From Bacteriovoracaceae bacterium (GTDB taxonomy: Bacteria; Bdellovibrionota; Bacteriovoracia; Bacteriovoracales; Bacteriovoracaceae), in assembly GCA_049599895.1 (NCBI GenBank), contig JBMYPC010000093.1:1-12070 (forward strand): a stretch of DNA of 12,070 nt, given 5' to 3'. A program made the translations under genes and the position numbers. The notes under the pieces are model-generated. The model did not search any database, had not been told where the DNA came from, and saw only the letters and a list, made by a program, of their open reading frames with translations. Below are positions 1 to 6,086 of this stretch, piece by piece; the stretch's first letter is position 1, and the number at the start of each line of letters is the position of its first letter.

Positions 1-1889
1 GTCAGAACTTGAGAAGTCTCTTTAAGTTTAAATTTTCGAAAAATCCCTCTTCTGCTGATAGTGCTTTATTAGAGAAAGAAATTCTTAAAAGGTTTGGTTC
101 CGGGGCCATGTCATTTGGTGCATTGAGTGCTGAATCGCAAAGAGATCTTATTCTCGCATTTAAAAATGTTGGAGGAAGGGCCAATAGTGGAGAAGGTGGG
201 GAGAATCCCTACTACTTCAAAGAAGGAATTTCTGCTAACGTCAAACAAATTGCATCAGGAAGATTTGGGGTAACTGCTGAATACCTTATCAATTCCGATG
301 AAGTCCAAATTAAAATTGCTCAAGGAGCAAAGCCAGGTGAAGGCGGACAACTTCCTGGTCATAAAGTGAACACTCAAATTGCCAAGGCCAGATTCTCAAA
401 AGAGGGCATTGGTCTTATTTCACCTCCTCCCATGCATGATATTTATTCCATTGAGGATTTAAAGCAACTTATTTATGAGCTCAAGCAATTTCATCCTAAG
501 GCCAAAGTCAGTGTGAAGCTGGTTTCAGCTCTGACGATTGGGCCCATTGCCGTTGGTGTTGCTAAGGCCGGGGCTGATGTTATTCAAATTTCTGGTGGAG
601 ATGGCGGGACAGGAGCCGCTTCACAGCTTTCTATGAAACATGCTGGACTTCCTTGGGAATTTGGGCTTTGGATTTCTCACCTTGCCTTAAAAGAATCAAA
701 CCTAAGAGAGGTAGTAAAACTAAGAACTGACGGTGGACTTCAAGTAGGAGAAGACGTGGCCAAGGCCTTCTTATTTGGAGCAGATGAAGTGGATTTTGGA
801 AAATCAGCTCTTATCGCCCAGGGCTGTATTATGGCGAGAGTTTGTCATAAAAATACTTGCCCTGCTGGGATTGCCACTCAGGATGAAAAATTTAAGGCAA
901 GATACAAAGGCAATGTTTCAGATGTTGAGAAATGGTTAAGAAGATTAGCGAAAGAAACTGCTAATATTCTCATGAACCTTAATGTTCAAGATCTTAATCA
1001 AGCAATCGGAAACATTTCTTTTCTTCAAAAAGCAGAGCTTCCTGCTCATCTCAAGAATCTCGATCTCAATTTTTTCAGTGAAAGTTCACTTAAAGAACCT
1101 CCTCCTGGCCTTAAAGCTGAGATTTTTTGGCAACATCGAAAAGATCAATTTCTTCCCAATCATCTCAATCAAAAAATAGTGGATCAATTCAAGGAAGGTG
1201 AGGAGTTTGACTCATTCTATCCTATAAACTCTCTTGATCGCGCCGTACCTGGGACATTGATGGGAGAGATTGGAAAGCTCCAAACTAAAAAAAGAACTGA
1301 CGAGAATGTAACTTTACCAGAAATTAAAATGAATTTCATTGGTCATGCCGGCCAGGGCTTTGGAGTATTCCTTAGTGGAAATACAAAATTAAATCTCAAG
1401 GGTTTTGCTAACGATTTTGTAGGAAAGTCGATGAATGATGGTGAGATCGTCATTAACCCGTCATTAAAAGGGAGAGATTTATTTCGTTTACGTTCTGTGG
1501 CCATTGGAAACTGTGCTCTTTACGGAGCTACCGGCGGGAATCTTTTTGTTCTTGGTCAGGCAGGGGATAGGTTTGCGGTAAGAAACAGTGGTGCCGAGAC
1601 CATTATTGGTGGAATCGGACATCATGGTTGCGAGTACATGACAGGTGGGAAGGTTATTGTTTTAGACACAGTTGTTGCAAACCTTGGAGCTGGAATGTCT
1701 GGTGGAGAAATCTTTATTCAAAGAAGAGAAGGTCTTAAAATTCACGATGGTTCAGTGTGTGTTAAGGCCCTCAATAATAAAGACTATGAATATCTTCTTT
1801 CAAAACTCAGTCTTTATGAACGTTATTTTGATATCAATTTAGGAATTGAAAAGTTGATTCCGGAGTTTGTAAAAGTTGTTCCGAAATAG
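1..1889 (+). CDS. gltB: Glutamate synthase large subunit, 5'-truncated by the window edge (FMN-binding domain, 3Fe-4S motif, C-terminal GXGXG domain)
   Basis: Frame is open from base 3 to TAG at 1887-1889. Motifs: GAMSFGALS, NSGEGGE, KQIASGRFGVT, QIKIAQGAKPGEGGQLPGHKV, HDIYSIEDL, CIMARVCHKNTCPAGIATQD (Cys codons at 825, 843, 858), GNCALYGATGG, RFAVRNSGA, GCEYMTGG, GAGMSGG. Confidence 0.97.
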   Translation, partial: QNLRSLFKFKFSKNPSSADSALLEKEILKRFGSGAMSFGALSAESQRDLILAFKNVGGRANSGEGGENPYYFKEGISANVKQIASGRFGVTAEYLINSDEVQIKIAQGAKPGEGGQLPGHKVNTQIAKARFSKEGIGLISPPPMHDIYSIEDLKQLIYELKQFHPKAKVSVKLVSALTIGPIAVGVAKAGADVIQISGGDGGTGAASQLSMKHAGLPWEFGLWISHLALKESNLREVVKLRTDGGLQVGEDVAKAFLFGADEVDFGKSALIAQGCIMARVCHKNTCPAGIATQDEKFKARYKGNVSDVEKWLRRLAKETANILMNLNVQDLNQAIGNISFLQKAELPAHLKNLDLNFFSESSLKEPPPGLKAEIFWQHRKDQFLPNHLNQKIVDQFKEGEEFDSFYPINSLDRAVPGTLMGEIGKLQTKKRTDENVTLPEIKMNFIGHAGQGFGVFLSGNTKLNLKGFANDFVGKSMNDGEIVINPSLKGRDLFRLRSVAIGNCALYGATGGNLFVLGQAGDRFAVRNSGAETIIGGIGHHGCEYMTGGKVIVLDTVVANLGAGMSGGEIFIQRREGLKIHDGSVCVKALNNKDYEYLLSKLSLYERYFDINLGIEKLIPEFVKVVPK

Positions 1890-1890
1890 T

Positions 1891-2415
1891 TTATTTTTTG
1901 GGAAAGTCGAACACTTCCACAGTGTTCTCTGGGGAGAGGTTGTAAGCAATTGCTCCAAGCTCTAAAAGATAAAGCCTCAAGCATTGGTTTCTTGTGTAAT
2001 GAGGATATTCTTCCTGAAGGATATCGACGAGTTTACTCTCAGCGATAGCAATTTCTTCAGCAATAGGGGATTTTCTTACTTTTTCAAGATAGAAAATAAC
2101 AAAAAGATAAGGCATTTTTTGGATACTTGTCAGTATTCCACTCATTCGGTCAGCGATTGTTTTGTCTCTTGAGCCTTCACCGAAATTAAAGAAAAGACCT
2201 ACCATGTATTTCCAAGCTTCATTGAAGATGACTTTCTTTTCTTTTCCAAAATAATAATAGACCAACGATCGAGTCACGTCGGCATCTCTTGCCACGTCAC
2301 TCACTGTCCACTTTAAATGGCCTTTTTCGACTTCTTTTTTAAGAACGCTGTTGCAAATCTTGAAAAAGACTTCTTCTTTGCCATGAAGTTGTGAGTTCGT
2401 TGAATCTGTGGACAT
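1891..2415 (-). CDS. TetR/AcrR-family transcriptional regulator (174 aa)
   Basis: N-terminal helix-turn-helix TVSDVARDADVTRSLVYYYFGKEK matches the TetR pattern T-x-x-D-[IV]-A-x-x-A-x-V-x-x-x-x-x-Y-Y-[YH]-F; size is typical of the family. Confidence 0.88.
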   Translation of the reverse strand: MSTDSTNSQLHGKEEVFFKICNSVLKKEVEKGHLKWTVSDVARDADVTRSLVYYYFGKEKKVIFNEAWKYMVGLFFNFGEGSRDKTIADRMSGILTSIQKMPYLFVIFYLEKVRKSPIAEEIAIAESKLVDILQEEYPHYTRNQCLRLYLLELGAIAYNLSPENTVEVFDFPKK

Positions 2416-2425
2416 CGTGGGATTT

Positions 2426-2454
2426 ATTATAAGGATTTTTTGTTTGAATTAAAA
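2426..2454 (-). promoter_or_regulatory. Candidate sigma70 promoter for the tetR gene
   Basis: Perfect TATAAT on the minus strand at 2431-2426, 10 nt upstream of the ATG. A weak -35 (TTTTAA, 2454-2449) lies at 17-nt spacing. Confidence 0.4.
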
Positions 2455-2591
2455 CTAAATCTGCTAATAATGAGCATTCAGTTGAGCTTCTTGCTCGGGT
2501 AAAGACAGCTAAATTAATTTTTACTAGCAGTTAATTTATTCTTCTGCTAACCTATTAATAATAGGGCATTAAACTGACAAAATTTTTCATC

Positions 2592-2596
2592 GGAGG
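2592..2596 (+). promoter_or_regulatory. Ribosome-binding site of ihfA
   Basis: GGAGG 7 nt upstream of the ATG at 2604. Confidence 0.85.
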
Positions 2597-2603
2597 AAAA
2601 ATT

Positions 2604-3011
2604 ATGAGTCTCACCAAGGCTGACATTATAGAAAGAGTCTATAAAGAGGCAGGGTTCTCTAAAAAAGAGGCTGCAGATCTTGTTGATCTTGTTTTTAAGG
2701 TAATCAAAGACACACTCGCACGGGGTGAGAAAGTGAAGATTTCTGGTTTTGGAAATTTTTCTATTCGCGACAAGGCCACAAGGGTAGGGAGAAATCCACA
2801 GACCGGACAGGCCATGGATATTTCTGCTCGACGTGTTCTTACTTTTAAACCAAGTCAAGTTTTAAAAGAAGATATTACATCTCGTTACTCACATCGACTT
2901 GATGATAAGGGTAATGAAGACATGTCACTTCCTTCAAAAGATGGAACTTCTCGAGCATTAAGTTCATTTATGAATAATGTCGAAGACAGTGGTTCTGATT
3001 TAGATTTTTAA
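2604..3011 (+). CDS. ihfA: Integration host factor subunit alpha (HU/IHF family) with a C-terminal extension (135 aa)
   Basis: MSLTKADI, GEKVKISGFGNF, GRNPQTG and ISARRVLTFKPSQ are IHF-alpha signatures. It has a strong RBS and is followed by a MerR-like gene, as in the widespread ihfA-merR pair. Confidence 0.92.
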   Translation: MSLTKADIIERVYKEAGFSKKEAADLVDLVFKVIKDTLARGEKVKISGFGNFSIRDKATRVGRNPQTGQAMDISARRVLTFKPSQVLKEDITSRYSHRLDDKGNEDMSLPSKDGTSRALSSFMNNVEDSGSDLDF

Positions 3012-3050
3012 ATTTTACTCATCATTTTTTGAGAGAAGGTACAAACGATT

Positions 3051-3572
3051 ATGCTAGAGACTCTTAATATCCCTGAAAAAAGCTCCTTCAAAGAAGACGA
3101 GGTCTGCCGTCTGACAGGTGTAAAGCCATACGTCTTAAAGTTTTGGGAGTCACAATTTGATGAAATCAATCCTTTAACTTCTGCTACAGGAAAGAAAGTT
3201 TATGAGCATTCTGATATTCAAGCAGTTGCTCTCATTAAAAAGTTTCTTTTTGAGGAGAAGTTAAGTGTTGAAAAAGCAAAAGAAAGGCTTGAAGCTTCTT
3301 TTGATCAGTTAGGAGAGGATGAGTCTGATCTCGAGGAGCATGTTCTAGCTCCTGAAGAAGGTGAAGTCCTAGAACAAGTCGAAGTTCAAAGAGATTTTGA
3401 TTACGATAATCTCAACTCTCAATTTCAAAAGAGTCAAAAACGCTTACAAGAACTCGAACTAATGCAAAAAAATAATAGTAAGAGCTTACAAAAAATTATT
3501 CTTGCAAAGGCCAAGATTAAAAATCTAATCGTTCAGACATACGAGTTTAAGCAACGACTCAATACGATCTAG
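3051..3572 (+). CDS. MerR-family HTH protein of the ihfA-associated type, with an acidic linker and coiled-coil-like C-terminus (173 aa)
   Basis: IPEKSSFKEDEVCRLTGVKPYVLKFWESQF...GKKVYEHSDI...IKKFLFEEKLSVEKAKERL aligns by eye to the ihfA-linked MerR pattern. GAAGGT lies upstream of the ATG. Confidence 0.85.
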   Translation: MLETLNIPEKSSFKEDEVCRLTGVKPYVLKFWESQFDEINPLTSATGKKVYEHSDIQAVALIKKFLFEEKLSVEKAKERLEASFDQLGEDESDLEEHVLAPEEGEVLEQVEVQRDFDYDNLNSQFQKSQKRLQELELMQKNNSKSLQKIILAKAKIKNLIVQTYEFKQRLNTI

Positions 3573-4496
3573 CTCATTATCACTTAAATGGACTCTAAGA
3601 CTTGTTTTTTGTTTTTGAAGTTCATTTAAATTCTTCTTGAAGTATTTTTTTACATAACAAGACGTGTAAGGATGATCTTTTAAAAGATCATCCGTCTTTT
3701 CTAGAACAGACTCAAGAACTTCAAGGCTCTGTGGTTTGAAATTAATCCATGGTTGAATGTCTTGTTCGTGATTGGTTTCACTACTGCTTTGTGTTTCTTC
3801 AAGATCAAAAAGGTCATCAAGAAACTGAAAACTTAGTCCCAATGAATAGCCCAATCTCCAGGATTGTTTTATTGGCCGGAAGTCTTTGTTTGCAAGAAGT
3901 GCTGCTCCAGCAATGGAAAGCTGGATAAGTCTTGCTGTTTTTAGCTCATGGGTTTTAAGAACATACTCAAATGAAGATTTCATCATTTTTGAGAGATCAA
4001 GATATTGGCCTAGAATGAGACCCTTAGCACCCAAAGACCAAGTTGCTAAGCGATAAAGCCTTTGGAAGTTTGGATGGTCGATATAGGAAAGATAGCGCCA
4101 AGAAAGGACTTGATAGGCATCACCTGTAAGTAAGGCCTCCCATTCAGAGAACTGTTTATGATGAGAGGCTTTCGACCTTCTCAAGTCATCATCATCCATA
4201 CAAGGCATATCATCATGTAAAAGGGTGTAAACGTGATGAACTTCGAGAAAATAGCAAAAATTCTCGATGTTTTTAAGGGCTTCTGTTTCGTTATTAAAAA
4301 GTTCTTCTGGAGATAAACCTGTTTTATCGCAAAAAGAAAAGAATGCGAGATTAGGTCTAAAGAATTTTCCTGGGGGGAGTAGAGAATACTTCAAGCCTTC
4401 AGAAAATCTTGAGAGCTTTGGGTTGTTTATGAGATGTTTTGAAAGAGAGTTTTCAAAGCGGCTTATAAGAATATCAACGTTTTGTTCTATGTTCAT
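3525..4496 (-). CDS. ispA: Short-chain trans-polyprenyl diphosphate synthase (IspA/farnesyl diphosphate synthase-like), 323 aa
   Basis: GKxxRP, first Asp-rich motif HVYTLLHDDMPCMDDDDLRR (DDxxxxD type, Tyr at -5 as in short-chain enzymes), LLTGDA, GQYLDL, KTA, and second Asp-rich motif FQFLDDLFD. Confidence 0.85.
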   Translation of the reverse strand: MNIEQNVDILISRFENSLSKHLINNPKLSRFSEGLKYSLLPPGKFFRPNLAFFSFCDKTGLSPEELFNNETEALKNIENFCYFLEVHHVYTLLHDDMPCMDDDDLRRSKASHHKQFSEWEALLTGDAYQVLSWRYLSYIDHPNFQRLYRLATWSLGAKGLILGQYLDLSKMMKSSFEYVLKTHELKTARLIQLSIAGAALLANKDFRPIKQSWRLGYSLGLSFQFLDDLFDLEETQSSSETNHEQDIQPWINFKPQSLEVLESVLEKTDDLLKDHPYTSCYVKKYFKKNLNELQKQKTSLRVHLSDNELDRIESLLKLVCLND

Positions 4497-4526
4497 AAAG
4501 TTTTTAAATGGAAGAGAGTAAGGATT

Positions 4527-5456
4527 TTATTTAAATTTTGGCTTTGTTTTACCATTAAATGGCCCATCAAAGGTAAAGCTATAAAACCCATCAACTGGCT
4601 TTTTACCAGAGAGATAGATCTTTAGTAAAGGTATTGCCTCTTTTACAGCTTGGCTAAATTTGATCTTTCCCTCTAGTTTTGCCTTGCTAAACCTTGGATT
4701 AAACTGATTAATTTCAATCTGACCTGACGTGTTGATATTGATGTCACTTTGTTCATTTCCAACTTCAAGTTTTGAAAGATTAAGTTTCATTACTTTCTTA
4801 TTAGGTGAGCTTGCTTTTTTGGCAATGACTGAAAATGGTCCTAAGTTAAGCTGAGGAAGATCAAGTGCTCCGTTCATGACCTTTGATTGCGGCATAAAAA
4901 GATGAGGAGATTTTACAACCAGGGCGAAATCATCTAGTTTTTGCTTTTGCAGTTCAATAAGACCCTCTAATTCAATATTTCCCTTGAGGTTAAAGTTTGG
5001 CCCTAAAACATTTCTCAGAAGCTCTGTTGAGATGATTGAGGAATCATCAAACTTGATTTGCTGAGTACTGGGTCCCGCTGCAACGTAGGCTTTCAGGTTG
5101 AGGTTTGGATCATCGACAATAAGACGGAATTTGGCCCCAAGACTTGTAAAGCTAGGACCAATAAAATCGAGGTCAATTGAGTTAATGGTTACTTTTGAGA
5201 GATTTTTTCCAAAACAAAACCCCGAAAAGTTAAGTTTATTAATTTTTACCCCAGGAAGGAGAAAGCTCACTTCAATGTCTCTAAAGTTCATAGGACATTG
5301 TTTTAAAGCATAGATTTGGTTACTAATAACTGTTTTAATGCTGCTTCGGATGGGAAGGTTACTCACAAGGCTCAAAACAAAAGCCCCTACGATAAATATA
5401 AAGAATTTATTTTTAGAAAAGTTTTGTTCGTATATCGAGTCTTTCTTTGATTCCAA
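4527..5456 (-). CDS. gspN: Type II secretion system protein GspN-like (309 aa, TTG start)
   Basis: Single N-terminal hydrophobic segment ending in LP (FFIFIVGAFVLSLVSNLP), then a beta-rich domain. It is the last gene after gspL/gspM. AGGA overlaps the upstream TAG, 6 nt before the TTG. The assignment rests mostly on position and architecture. Confidence 0.65.
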   Translation of the reverse strand: MESKKDSIYEQNFSKNKFFIFIVGAFVLSLVSNLPIRSSIKTVISNQIYALKQCPMNFRDIEVSFLLPGVKINKLNFSGFCFGKNLSKVTINSIDLDFIGPSFTSLGAKFRLIVDDPNLNLKAYVAAGPSTQQIKFDDSSIISTELLRNVLGPNFNLKGNIELEGLIELQKQKLDDFALVVKSPHLFMPQSKVMNGALDLPQLNLGPFSVIAKKASSPNKKVMKLNLSKLEVGNEQSDININTSGQIEINQFNPRFSKAKLEGKIKFSQAVKEAIPLLKIYLSGKKPVDGFYSFTFDGPFNGKTKPKFK

Positions 5457-5464
5457 GAATAATC

Positions 5465-6070
5465 CTAGTTTTTTCCAAAGTGTTCGAAATCAAACTTTCC
5501 TCTAAGCTGGCTATTGCTTGGATCCTTTGATATTTGGAAGTCGTTGATCTTCATTTTCTGATCAAAAATCATTTTTCTTAAAACATTAGAGAGCTCGCGT
5601 TGGCTGAAATTTGAGAACTTTAATGTTCCTAAACTTTTAAAAAGGGTAGGACTCTTTGAGTTTTTTTCAAAGTTTTCAATACTAATCTCTCCACGAGTTT
5701 TTGTCCCTGTGGCAAGAGATGTTGAATAGCTGCTTTTAAGATTGTTGGCATCACTGATACTAAAGGGTGAGACAATTTTTGATTCAAGCTGTCCTAAAGA
5801 GGTTTTGAAACGATTATAATCTTGAAGACCTGACATGATCTCTTGATATTGTTTGATTTGATCTCTTTTTGCGCTATTAAAAGAAAAAACAAACAGAGTT
5901 ATGCCAAGAGGGACCAAAACCGCTAAGAAGTTTAGTCCATAGTTTAAATATTTAATGACTTCATCATCGAGATCGGGAAGAAGGTCACTAAGACGAGGGA
6001 TTTTATCTTCGGCTTCAAGTTTTTTTACTTGAGTTTCGATCTGTTCATCAATCTTTTGAAATGGTCCCAT
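5465..6070 (-). CDS. Type II secretion system GspM/PilO-like inner-membrane protein (about 201 aa)
   Basis: One TM segment (LNFLAVLVPLGITLFVFSF), a coiled-coil-like stretch, then a C-terminal alternating beta/alpha domain; lies directly after gspL. Start moved from 6103 to ATG 6070 because GAGGA lies 7 nt upstream, just after the gspL stop. Confidence 0.6.
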   Translation of the reverse strand: MGPFQKIDEQIETQVKKLEAEDKIPRLSDLLPDLDDEVIKYLNYGLNFLAVLVPLGITLFVFSFNSAKRDQIKQYQEIMSGLQDYNRFKTSLGQLESKIVSPFSISDANNLKSSYSTSLATGTKTRGEISIENFEKNSKSPTLFKSLGTLKFSNFSQRELSNVLRKMIFDQKMKINDFQISKDPSNSQLRGKFDFEHFGKN

Positions 6071-6086
6071 TTCTTTATCCTCGTCT

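Noticed and set aside
2416..2603. Known riboswitch (e.g. c-di-GMP-I) or IHF consensus site in the ihfA leader
   Set aside because: I found no recognisable riboswitch core and no good WATCAANNNNTTR match by eye. The 10-bp palindrome AAATTAATTT (2511-2520) is expected by chance in AT-rich DNA.
3573..3700. tRNA-Pro that commonly follows ihfA-merR
   Set aside because: This region is ispA coding sequence on the minus strand, with no cloverleaf or T-loop motif.
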